DNA of 64,000 nt from Spironucleus salmonicida (Eukaryota). Position numbers and translations under genes: made by a program. The stretch is taken from contig NC_090601.1 of NCBI RefSeq assembly GCF_000497125.1, forward strand, positions 496,001 to 560,000, given 5' to 3'. Each line of letters opens with the position of its first letter. Position 1 is the stretch's first letter. Positions 39,604-52,328 of the stretch are shown piece by piece. The notes beneath the pieces are model-generated. The model made no database searches. It was given only the letters and a program-made list of their open reading frames with translations, and had not been told where the DNA came from.

Positions 39604-42600
39604 TCACTGAAGGTCAAACCCGTGTACGCGGAGCTCACGCAGGAAGTTGGCACAGATGATGGCAACGCGGCCGCTCTGGTTTTCGGTTCTGATACGCTAT
39701 ACTGTGAGAATAAGCGACATAAGACTACTACAGAATGTGTGCATCTCAACATAGTGGGGGCCGCGCTGTGGTATGAGGCGGTTAGCACGGACGCGAAAGT
39801 GCTGGCTAGTAGAAACTATAATCTCCAGAGCCTTTTCACACAAGAGTATAAGTACAGGCATGTCTCGCTGCACGACAAGACGGCTTGAGGCAAGCATCTA
39901 CTGCATCTTGCACACCTCCAGATGGAAGGCATACGGAGGTTGCGGAATTGGTGTGGAAACAATATCTTCTGTAATTCTCCGGTACTATAATGTGCTATAC
40001 AGTGTTTAGAGATAAGGCCGATCGTGTAGGGTAGAAGCAGTAAGTGTAGTTCTTGGCATTTGGAAGGGGATCGTTCGTAATTGGAGCGGCGACTGCCGAG
40101 TGATGAAATAACTAACTAGTGAAAATGGCTAAGCAAGCATCATCATACTACATCAAACTTCCATACTGGAGTTATAATAACTATAGGGCGATTTTACATC
40201 TTCCGGCTCACGGTGCCCAAAATGATAGCTACTAGCAGCTATTACCAATAGTAGCTGGGCGCTGGTAGTTTATATATACGGGTCTTAAATATCAGTAATT
40301 GAATAATTTCGTTAAAGACAATGCGAACTCCGTTGATATTAACAAGGCCAGTCAGGTTTACTGTGCCAGCTAAACATCGCTAATCCAGGGTGATTGATAG
40401 CCACCTATTTATATGGATAATTATGGAATTAATACTATACAGGACAAATTATTCTCAATAGAATCACTGCAGTACATTCATAGAGTTAGTTATTAAGCCA
40501 GCATTTCAAATCACAAATATAGTATATAATATATAATATAGTAAATCTGGAGTGAAAATGGCCATCTGGTGAACTGAGGTCAATCATTATACGTAAGTAT
40601 CACCTATATCATCCGAGCTTAAATTATATTAATAGAAGAATAATCCTGTATTTTATATACTATTCTTTAAAAATACGTCTTAACAATTAGTATTCTCTCT
40701 TTTGCTTTGAAGCTGCAATACAGTTAGGCCCAGTGTACTTATACTAATAGAAATCTATTATTTTATCACTGAAAATGAGAATGTATATCTCGAGATATGC
40801 ATGGGTTATGGGGTATCGTAAGCTTTTATGGACGGGGCTTAGTCCGTTCCACTCTGTTCCGTAATTATCCATGATAATAAGTTATGTATGCAATATCTAG
40901 TTATATCATTTATTACGCTAAAGGAAATTCAAGTTTGTTTACCCCTTGATTACCAGATCTAGTTCTTAATCATGCTTTATTATGAGTATTCCACCGTACA
41001 ATTTTGTGTGGCCTAGATTTACTTATTTCCACATATCACTAAAAATGTATAATCCCATATTTATATAAATTTCACGCTGGTATTAGCTGTGCAGAATAGT
41101 ACTGTTGATACTCAAAACACATTATTGAAACCTCGCCTTGATTATTAAGTTCAGGGAAAAGGACATTACACAATTGGAATTATTAGGATGTAACTATGTT
41201 GAACTATAAATTGGTGCAAACTCAGGCGGGTGAAACATAGCTTCATAGTAAACATTCCGTGCGAAGATGTGTCACCAAACGTGTATCGTTCATATAATGA
41301 ATAAATTAATCAGTTAGTAGCAGTGTCAACTGCCACAGCTGCTTTGTTTCTCTTCTTGAGTATAGCGTAAAGGATGGCCCCAACGCTCCCCGTCAGTACC
41401 ACCAAGGTAAAAATGACACCAATAGCAGCACCAACACCAAGTTGGACACCAGAGCTTTCCACTATTTCAGTTTTTATTAATTGCTACTACGCGAGGCCGT
41501 GTGGAATTATCTTATAACAAATTCCATAGTGATCCATTGACGTACCAGATAAACACGTAGCGCAGCTAACACCATCTTCTTTGCACGTCGAACAGTTCAT
41601 AGCCTTACCGCACTTGCATTCGGAAGATATGTAAATACCACATGTATCAGCCTTCCCGTCATTGCAGTACTGACCGGTTTCGAGATTTCCGCACATCGGC
41701 TCACAGATACCAGCGATGGTGGTTACAAAGTTAGACTTATCACATATGAGGCAGAAATCTTTACTTTAACAGTATATGCATCCTGTGGGACAGGGTGTGC
41801 ATCTCCTCGTTGGAATATTACAAAAACTTCCCCTCGCTTACGCGCAGTCAATATTATGCACACATGCATTATGACAGGTATTGGTATCCTTATTTAACGT
41901 ATGCGCCTGCACGCAACGGAGACACTTCTAGTTCTCATCACACTCGAAGCATGCATGAAGGCACTTCGTGTGTGGGACTTTCTACCCATCCTTTTCCAGA
42001 AGGACGTGAGTACATTTTCCATTAGCACACTCTACACAGTTTTTGGTAGGAGTATTATCGGCGCAATAGCATGATTGACCAAAGATCATATCGTTGTTGC
42101 ACGGCACGCACTACACGGAGTAAGATCCAGTGGAAGGGCAAAAATATCCAGCTTTGCAGCCATTATTGGCTACTGAACAAGTTCCAGACTCCTAGAGAGT
42201 TATAGCTCTAGGAACACATAGATAACCCTTAGACTCATAGCCTTCTATGCACAACTGGCATCTTCCGCTGTTATCCTTTTAGAATGTAGTAAGGCACTTG
42301 TCACAGGTGGTTCCATCTTTTGTACATGTTGCGCAGTTTATTGCCGAACCACACTTGCACTGGGTGCTGATATCCTCGACACATGGAGTAGGGCTATCAT
42401 ACAAACAGTATTAGCCATTTTTGAGGGTCCCGCATCCTGCTATGCAGCTTCCGTCGATAGTCAGAAGATCTTCTTTCTATAAGCAGGATATGCAGACATC
42501 GGTAGATATACATACCAAGCAAAATTCATCGCATGCCTCGCATCGGCTGGAAAATTAATTGCAGAAATAACCCTGGGGAATCTTGCAGTCATCGTTGGTA

Positions 42601-43231
42601 ATGCAGGCGGGGATGCAATCTTGGCTGATGGTGTCGAATATGTACTGTTCCTGGCACTTTGTACAGACGTAGATAGAGTCACAGAGCTCACAGCCTTTGG
42701 CGCATTATTGGCACGTATTCTCCTGCAGGAAATGACCAGGAAGGCATTCCACGCAATCATCACCATCGCATTTGGAGCAGCCCTTGATCTCGTGATATCT
42801 CTTACAGCTGCACCCCTGCCCCGGCGTGACGCCAGTGGAGCAGAACTTACAAAACACCTCAGTGCCGCTGGTCGCGGGACAGAACTGCCCGGCGTAGCAG
42901 TAGTTCGCGGTACTCGTGCACGTGGAGGAGTTGCCCATTTTATAATTGGTACGCGATTCGAAACCACAGTATAGGCGTATATTGTGGCGTGGGAGTTTCC
43001 GGCGTGGGAGATGATTTGGAATTGGGGCGGTAATACGCGCGCAGCTAATTAGAATACTTACGCGCACCGTAGTTCCCGCACGTACAGGCTCTGTTAGAGT
43101 AATTTTGTATACTCGCCAGATGCGCAATGCTTCGGCAGAATATCTGCAGCGGCTGCCAGATTCTTGGAAGCGAAAAACAGCCGGCCATATAAGGATAGTA
43201 TCCGAATTCAATACTTGCATTTGTGGTTCAG
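39604..43231 (-). repeat. Inverted duplication 2, right arm
   Basis: Reverse complement of 32124-35751. Confidence 0.97.
41310..42938 (-). CDS. Cysteine-rich membrane protein, two modules, copy 2 (542 aa)
   Basis: Mirror of 32417-34045. Confidence 0.92.
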
Positions 43232-43816
43232 TAGAAACTATCGGCCAATAAATCCCAACGAAAATGGCAGGATCTGTGCACGCTCATACTGGTAGGGTAG
43301 ATCACACAACCAATTTAACTTGAAATAACATATTCTAATAGACACCACAAATTTAATTTATTAAATATTGCTCATTCTTCAGGTTAATATTTACCTATTT
43401 CTTATGATTCTTTTTTCTTAATATAATCAGTAGGTAAATAAGGGTATGTTAATAGTAACTATTATCGTCAATAAATCAAAGAAATTCTTATATAATATAT
43501 ATTGACATTATAAATCAAAGAGTATAAAATAATATGCAGATTAATTAAAAGAATTTATACAGAAAAGAATTAGCATTTTGAGATAATAGTTCAGGATATT
43601 AATTAAGATGAATACGTAGCATACTATTAGTAAAAGAAACATCGACTTCTTAAAAATTGAGATGCATTATTTTTTCATGACAACAAATAAAATAGAATAT
43701 ATTAATCAAGATAATAATTTAACATAGTTAATTAGATGTTGCATTTATTTGTATCGATTCAGTATTAAGGGTATAAAAAATACACGAATTTAAACCGTGT
43801 TTTCAAAAATATTTAC

Positions 43817-44421
<605 letters not shown>

Positions 44422-44627
44422 TGTCAAAATCTATCTTTACTATTATAAGATATAATTTGCAGAACAAAGTCTTTTCCTAACATTAATTTACTATTAATTA
44501 TAGAGTATTGTATATATTTGATATATTACTTTGGAAAAAATTGTTACTTGGTTCTGTATTAACTAATTATAATATAAATATTCTATATTCAATTTTTGAA
44601 ATAATTTATATAATTAATTTTCTATAC

Positions 44628-46299
44628 ATGCAGACTAAAAATTATATTTTTAGTTTATCCTAGCTTCAATCTAAAGTTAATTATTTTTGTTTAATATTTT
44701 TTATACGCTCTTAACTAGAAATATTGCTATTACTTACTACATAAACAGAATGTTTTTATGCCAATTCAACACTTAAAGCGGTGATGTAAAAATCTTAATA
44801 TATAGTTAGTATAACTAATCTAGAACCATCACCTATTAAGTGTTATGAATTTAATGATACCATTTCAAAAGTTTAGTCAAAATATACTGATGCTGGTACG
44901 ACTAAACTAATAGAAGTTGCCTTTCAATTTTATTATGAAGGTATATTAACAATCTCATTTGATTCTATTCCTGATAATATTTTTTAACTTATGACTAAAT
45001 TGTCTATTATATCTTATAATATGCTACTATAAGAACAATTGAAAGTATAATGAGAGTTTTCTGAAATAAGCAACACCCTTGTTAATACATCAAATTGGTG
45101 GAGCCATTTATAGCTGAACGATTCTAGAAGTGGACCAAGCTCGTACTTAAATCTATCAGGTGACCCAAATGATTGCTTAATCACGGATCCTTAAGTATTT
45201 ATAGAATATAACACTGATAATAAATGGCATAATATCCCTATAGCTCCGCTTGCTGGTGCATCAACAGATTATGAAGGTTACAAATTACCGTTTATCCATT
45301 TACAAATCAAATTCTATCGCTTAAACTTTTCGGATTCAACTTTAGAAATTTAAACTTAAATAGACATTTTTAATATCTTTTAAATAGATAGATAAGTGCA
45401 AATTAGATTACTTATGTAATTTACTCAGGCCGGCTCAAGTCTAAAATAACAAATTTTCACGTACATTACGAATATAAGGTCATTAAGTGTAGAATGTTTA
45501 ACTAAAATTAATCCTTTTGGAGTATTTAACTCTAACACAATCTCACTAACTGGAGATTTAACTCATTTTAAAGACTGTCAGATGGGAACAACATTTGTTA
45601 ACTCAAGTGTTATTTTAATGTATAAATAGTATAATGATCATCGCCCATTTACTACTATTCTGAATATGGGTGTTATATTATTTATTTTACCTTAGAAAAA
45701 TGAAACAGTATTGCTTGATATAAATTTCACAAATATATTAGCATTTATCACATTAATAGCAGAAGATGGCTCTGTTATTAGAAAGGAAGTAAAATATTTT
45801 AGAACTAAACTTTCTTGTTTTTATAACTTTATGACAGTGGTAGCCTATTTAGATACTTGTATTGTATTTTTTTCCAGTACAATCCCAAAAATGTGTGGAT
45901 TTATATTTAGAAAAGGTCAAGACAAGAGTATAATAAGTTTTATAAATAACTCCTGCATCTTCCAGCTGTATGGTTCATCACGTTTTTGAATTCGATATGC
46001 CATTTAAATATGTTTATTACTTTAAAATTTGATTAAATGAGTTAAGTACATCTTAAAATTCAACTGACCCATTTTATCCGGGAAATTTTGCACAAAGTTA
46101 AAGACTATTTGTGGATAAACTTTAAACCTCTTTCCAACCATTGATTATAATTGACAACAAAGATTAATCATCATTTGCATATTCATGTGATATTGATTAG
46201 TTCAATATGATTTTTATATCTATTTTCCTAATCTTTGGATTAATTCTTATAATAGTTGCATCAAGTTCAATTATCATTATAATAAAAACAAACCAATGA
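44628..46299 (+). pseudogene. Disrupted type-I transmembrane protein gene
   Basis: Long coding-like frame (ILLLLTTQTECFYANS...) with an in-frame TGA at 45051, a frameshift near 45950, a further TGA and an intact-looking C-terminal TM helix. Confidence 0.65.
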
Positions 46300-47014
46300 T
46301 TGAACTAAACCTACATTATCACAGGAGATTTTAATTTAATAAATAAACACATTCGTAAAATTATGTTTTAAACTAATTATAATGTGTATATATTTTATAT
46401 AGCTAGATCGTAGTTACTATTATTATATAGTATACTCTGATTAATAATTAATAATCTTCATATTTAAAGCTCATATAATTTAACCTTAATAATACATAAA
46501 AATATAATTAATTTGTTTTATTTCTATTAAATTTATAGAACAAATCGTATAAAATTTAATTTTTAATATTTTTAATTATTATATATTTATATTCAGGTCT
46601 CTTTTAGGTATTTGTGCTTTATTTTTTCATATCCTATCATATATTTAAGTTACGTTGATGCTTTATCTAGATTACAATTAACTTCTCTATATGAGTATAA
46701 ATAAAGAACACACGTGTAAATTATTTCGTTGATTTGTATTTCTCCTAAACATAAATTAGCTATTATTATGTTTTCAATTTTTGGAAACAAATACTAAGAA
46801 CTAAACTATCAGTATTCTTAATTACTATACTAACTCAAATAAAAGCTTTTCTGCATAATTTTAAATATTCCTTCTTATATCCACATCATAATCACCACAT
46901 AGAATTCTTGACTAAAATCACTATTTACTGAATTACGCCGTAATTAGTCTATATTTGTCATTCTGTAGTCTCCTAAAATTAGATGCCTGAAGTCCTAATT
47001 AATGTCTACGACTA

Positions 47015-48430
47015 ATGCTGAACATCGAGTACTTCATACAGGACACTGTTTGCAGCGATAGTAAAAATGCAGTGAATCAACTCAGCGAGCTGTGCAGGAC
47101 CTCAGTGCAGGAATCCTCCCTGGGAAGAATTCTTATTTACTTCTGCCTCGAATACGCCCACAAAAACTGTATTTCCACCGACACGATCTGCAGAGATAGC
47201 GGCATCTGTGGACCTGTAACTCGCTGTTTAGCCCGTTTACTCTGGCTGTGCGGCAAACTGTGGCAGAACACGGATCTGCCCCTGCTTCCTGCACACAAAA
47301 TGCATTTTTGATGTCAACTGTGGAATGCGTCTATTGAAAGTTCTCTGCAACGACCTAGTATAGTATTGATTCGACGGCCTTCATAGCACAGTTTTAGCTA
47401 GCCGGTTCCCAACAGAATGTTCGGTTCCACACAGTGCTGGATGGGCTAAATAGTACGCGGTCGTTACAAAAAATGTGACGAAAACGGTTTCTGGCTGTGT
47501 TTAAATAACTTAGGGAGCTAAAATCACAGTAATACCAGGGGTAATATCTGTAGTTGGAAAGTGGAGTGTGATGATACAATATAATAGTATAGATGATGGT
47601 CAGAATACTCTGGGAATCACTGCAATTTGTGCTCTAAGGGGATGAACAGAGCCAACAGTGGGACTGAATATGATAATTCTTAATGTATAATAAATGATAT
47701 AATTTGCAGTAGAACCGGTAAATGCGCTGGTTACGATTCTGAAACCAGTGAATGTGAAATTAAAACCCATAAGAAATAATTTCAGCATGCATAGTGGTGG
47801 ACTGTGATTTTCATCTGAAAACAGACCTATGGGCCAGATTTGTGCAGTACATTAATAGGATTCTATTATGGGGGGAGCTACTGGTTCGAAAAAGATGGTT
47901 CATTGCTTTGTAATGCTTCTCGTCCGGCAACGTTTATTGATACAATGAAATCATGCATGGAGTTTCTGCTAGGGGTCCACTTTTCTGGTCCGTTAGTAAA
48001 TCATGAATATCGATGGGCAAAGTGAATTATGGATGATACTCTGTACAATTGCCATAGAAAATGTCGGAATGCAGAATTCTGCTCTTACGATAATACAAAT
48101 TAGCATCCATATATTGGGTGTAAAAGTTGTAAAACTGATAATCCCCAAGGTGGTGCAAAATGGATTTATTAGAACTTTGTTATTGGTGAAAAGGAATGTG
48201 ATACTAAAGTTCGAGGTTAAGACCAATCCTGTAAATGCGTAACTACTTTAGTAAATGATAAACTATAATACAGTTAATGTAATTCTGACAGTGCACTAGT
48301 CGGTGAATCTTCCACTATTTGCAGAGGTGATACAAAATGGCTAAATGAGAGTGTTCTGATAGCAAGTGGACATTCGCACAGATCTGAAGCTCTAAGATTT
48401 GAAAATATAGGAAGTAATTGTGAGGATTGA
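47015..48430 (+). pseudogene. Decayed cysteine-rich protein gene (boundaries approximate)
   Basis: Scattered CxxC/CxC peptides (CKSCK, SCKCV, CAGYDSETSEC) in changing frames with TGAs. Confidence 0.4.
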
Positions 48431-48826
48431 TATTTTTATATTCGCAAGTATAGCTTAAGCTGGCATACGTGTTTTCTCTCATATTATGAGAAAAACTGTA
48501 ATCAGGAGATAAAATTCATTGGTAAGTGAAAGAAACATTTAATATTTGTATCAAGTTTGAGGATAATTAGAAACTCGTTACCGAAAACGAGTAATACGCA
48601 AAGTGATCATAAATTTTCTTACTATACTCTAATATTATATAATAATAGTATGATATTTATATTAACTTTATGTAATTCATGAACAGCTAGTCAAAGAATA
48701 TGAATAGTTATGCCGAAGTTTTATTCGGTATTATGACCCTTGCGCTACTGTTTGAAATCTGTCACTACTTACCTATCAGTATCGTTAATCGCATATCATG
48801 AAAAAACCACACCCATTTGAAACCCC

Positions 48827-50437
48827 TCACTTCCTCCTGAGCATAATCAGCAGCCTTAATACCTTGAACCCGACGAACACTACTAATAAGACGACTAGCA
48901 CCACAGGCAGCACCATGAACAACCACTTTCCTGAAATTCCAGACAGAAACTCAACAACCTTTACGTAGAACAGCCCGACGTCCCCCAAACCGCCCCCTAC
49001 AATCTGACTAAAAAAGCTATCAATCAGAGGCAATTTAGCCATTTCCTAGACCGCATCCTCGTTGCAAAGATTGCCAGTGACGTAGTTTACCGTTGTAAAG
49101 TTCTCTGGGCAGACGCAAGTACCACGTTCAGCAGTACCGGGCAGGTTGCAATTGAACTGTTCAAGGTACTCGGGATCTGGTATAAAAGTCTCGCCAGTGG
49201 CTACCAGATAGTCATCTTCGCTGAGGCAGGAAAGTAAAGGCAGATACGCAATCAAGCCAACCGCGCACTCAGCCATCTCGCACCTGTTATCGACCCGCAT
49301 GCTACTGTTAACGCATCCGGTGAAGCAACGCTTCCCATCTCTACTGTACCCAGCTTTCTCAGAGCAAAACTCGAGATCGGCCACCTGCCCGAACTTTATG
49401 TTGCCATCAAGCTCAATTTCCAGCACGTTCCCTTCCACCACCACTCTAAACTTCAGTTTCTGGGAGTAGAACTCAATTTCGTATACTAAAGTATTGCTTA
49501 CTAGAGTTGACAGGGCGCGCTCGTAAACTTGAAATCCGTCTTCGTCGTAAATTTGAATGTTTTTGTTGAAATTCTTCGTTCCTTCTACGGTTAGAATCAA
49601 GTTTACGACTATCAGAGAGGTATTAAAATTCTTCGCTATTTATCCCAATATGGTGAAATACTCCGCTTCTTCTACCTCGGAAACCTTCTTGAAATCATCG
49701 AACGTGAGCTCGAAAATCGTCTGCGAAATAAGATCGCAGGACAGCAGAATGCGATCTTCTAGAATTTGAGAAGTCGTGCATTTTAAGCCAATTTTGTTTC
49801 TCTCAAACTGGTCCAAAAATCCTGGCTGGTAGCTGGGTAAGACGGTGTTCAAATCCGTTCGCAAACTACGCCAAGTATCCTCGCTTTAAGCAACCTGGGT
49901 CGCAACTAAATTTGAGACCGAAAACGACTTTCCGCTCCTTATTACTATATCATCAAAAATGAGGAAAGTTGGCTTTTGGCTGAGTATGAGCCGCCCTGTG
50001 ATTCCGGGGACCGAGAACTGCGTCTGGCTGTCGTTCAGCTCGTACGACTCAAACTGGCACTTCAGCACTACCTTCTGGTCCACATTCTCGCTACCTTTGC
50101 AGAGCTAGAAGCTAAAAAGCTCAACCAGGTCGAATCCACGCTAATTGGGGCCGTCCGGAAAGCAAATTTGTGACGTGCATGGGACTGGGTAAGTGTATAG
50201 TTTGGAAGTCTCTTGGTACTGGGTATGCTGCTAGCACCCCTCGAGGAGAACCTAGTATACGGAGGTCTGTTGGGCAACGCAGGTTTTGAAATTTGGCTTA
50301 AAGTTGTTCTAGAGGGCTGGTGTGTTGAAAGAAAACTAGTAGTGTTGAGTGAAGTCGGTAGAAATTGTGGCAGTTTGGGAGGGTTATGGTGGCGGTTTCG
50401 TGATCCAGGAGATCTCGTGGGCGAGCGCAACGAGCAT
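48827..50437 (-). CDS. Type-I membrane protein (536 aa): beta-rich ectodomain, Cys-rich stem, C-terminal TM
   Basis: Four track ORFs (starting 50083, 49864, 49600, 49042) share one frame and join through TAR. ATG 50437; ends MLRRK, AAG TGA. Confidence 0.88.
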
Positions 50438-50774
50438 TTTTGTTATGATTGCCTTAAAATTATAGTCAAAAGTTCAAATGTATTTACTATTATATGTTTT
50501 GAAGGCACCTACAATAGGAGTGGAAAGGTTTTAAGATCTATAAATCTAAGGTGTTGGCGGCAATTGCGATGGAAAATACCTAGTGCGCGGTTTAGCGTAT
50601 TGCATTGTTTCAATGTTCTGGTAGACTGCAGAGAGAGTACTCGGTTACATATGATAGAAGATACAAACTACTGCAAACCGCTTGCTTAAATAGCACTTAT
50701 TTAAGCATACCATTGACCGCGCTGCTCCCGCTTCCATCCAAGGCCTCACGCATCATAATAAAATCCATAGATTA

Positions 50775-51866
50775 TCACTCCACCACCTCTGATTCTCCTG
50801 CCAGCAGCAGCTCGGCCACCACATAGCAGTCGTCAAGTGCGCAGTGTATCGCTTCCTTTTTCCCTTTCTTGCTAAACGTCTTCCCCTGGTGTTTCACGTG
50901 GAAGTTGCAGTAGTGGAATTTTCTATGTGCTCCGTGGTATTCGCTTCTATCTTTGGTTAGGATGTCGTCGCTGTTCTGTATTTTTATGCCCAGCACCTGC
51001 TTCTCCAACTCTGGCCCTTTGGCCAGAATGTTCGGTTTTTCCACCTCACAGAAGTCCTCTAGAATCGTAACCCCGGAAAGCCCAGCGAGGGCAGCGCTGT
51101 CGAGCCTGCTAAAGCTATCGAAGAGCGTTCCTATCTCCCCGCTATGTATTCCTGTGGTCATCTTAGAGCAGTCCAGCTTGGTCATATTCCTAGCCATGAA
51201 CAGCTAGCTGTCAGGCAGTCTCAGACACGCGGCTGAGGGCAGTACGATGTTCTGTATCGTGGCAACGATTCTCCGATTCTGGACGCGGACGGCGCCGAAC
51301 TCAGAAATATGCGTCTTGCTGGGATCGAACCCACCTCCGCGAACCTACTATGTCGCGTACGCCTCGAAGTCCACGACTGTGAAATCTGGCTACACCGCCC
51401 GGCGTGGCTTGAAGGTGGCGCAAAGTGCCTTGGGGAGTTTAATAATAAGCTTCGACGAATCTTTGAAATGGTTTTACAGCTAGGTGGTCAGAAGCGATCG
51501 CTTCCCCTCCACAAACTTCATGCCCAGCGCTAAGTCGACCGTTGCTACACACTCGACGTCGTCGAGGGAGAGGACATGTTTCAAGTCCCCATCAGTGAAG
51601 CCTTGATGCACAAAGTCGCAACGCGCTGTTTCTACTGCTTCGAGGTCGAGTGGGGCGTCGTGAACCAGATTTTTTGAGGAAATGGCTTCGATTTGGGTGA
51701 CCTAGAGGTTCTCGAAAATGCCCTGGAGGAGGTTCAACGCGAGCGTCGCCTGTACCTGCAGCACCTGGGCGTCCTAGTATATCTTGGTAACCTGGGCGAT
51801 CTGCTTGAGGGTTACCAGGGCTGCCTCGGGGAGCTGGAAGTAGCGGAAGCAGACTGTGGGTATCAT
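50775..51866 (-). CDS. DEDDh (DnaQ-like) 3'-5' exonuclease, Maelstrom-like (363 aa)
   Basis: FTVVDFEAY (ExoI), ISEFGAVRV, LAKGPELEKQVL (ExoII variant), YCNFH...HCALDDC (ExoIII plus C-H-C). Alternative in-frame ATG at 51905. Confidence 0.8.
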
Positions 51867-51934
51867 TTGAAGCGAATGGGAAGGAGCGAAGCGGGTGCAT
51901 ATCATAATGCAAATGCACACGAATGCGTAAAATT

Positions 51935-52016
51935 CGACACCTATGGGATTTGAACCCATGCGCACAACGTGCAAAAGATTTCTAGTCTTTCGCCTTAACC
52001 ACTCGGCCAAAGTGTC
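51935..52016 (-). tRNA. tRNA-Ser(AGA)
   Basis: GACACTT TGGCCGAGTGGTTAAGGC G AAAGA CT-AGA-AA TCTTT, long variable arm GCAC-GTT-GTGC, ATGGG TTCAAAT CCCAT AGGTGTC G, followed by TTTT. Confidence 0.96.
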
Positions 52017-52034
52017 ATAACAAATTTATGAAGC

Positions 52035-52328
52035 TCACTACAGCATCATCCTCACGCCCACGACCACGCTTAGCCCCCAGCCGACCAGCAGCGGGGCGAA
52101 CAGGAACATGTACAGTCCGGCGCATGCGATCTGGCAGGCCCCACGCTGGCAGCATTCGCCAAGGCAGCAACACGCGCCGGCATACAGCCCGCACCCAGGT
52201 ATCAGGACGTTGAGGCACCCCGCGCACCGCTGGCACTCCGCATAGTATGGTGTCTTGCATCGGCACAGCACATCATTCTATGATAGGTAGCACGGCGGGT
52301 CTATTTCTATTGGGTTCTCAACAGTCAT
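52035..52328 (-). CDS. SPEC3/Stum-like small Cys-rich membrane protein (97 aa)
   Basis: CLNVLIPGCGLYAGAC...GLYMFLFAPLLVGWGLSVVVGVRM resembles the LNxxxPGxG...GWxxSxxxG pattern. Confidence 0.65.

Noticed and set aside
32124-43231. Composite transposon with terminal inverted repeats
   Set aside because: No transposase or integrase recognised, no target-site duplication seen, and the arms are host gene cassettes.
43444-43481. GTATGTT resembling a diplomonad 5' splice site
   Set aside because: No CTAAC branch point fused to a 3' AG nearby and no convincing flanking exons.
45051-45053. In-frame TGA as possible selenocysteine or read-through
   Set aside because: The same gene has a frameshift and another TGA, and there is no redox-motif context; pseudogenisation is simpler.
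51315-51345. GGTTCGATCCC T-loop/B-box-like string on the minus strand
   Set aside because: No cloverleaf around it; it lies in the nuclease CDS (GGFDPS).
51774-52010. Track ORF beginning MAEWLRRKTRN
   Set aside because: Its 5' part is the tRNA-Ser gene; only the 3' part belongs to the nuclease frame.
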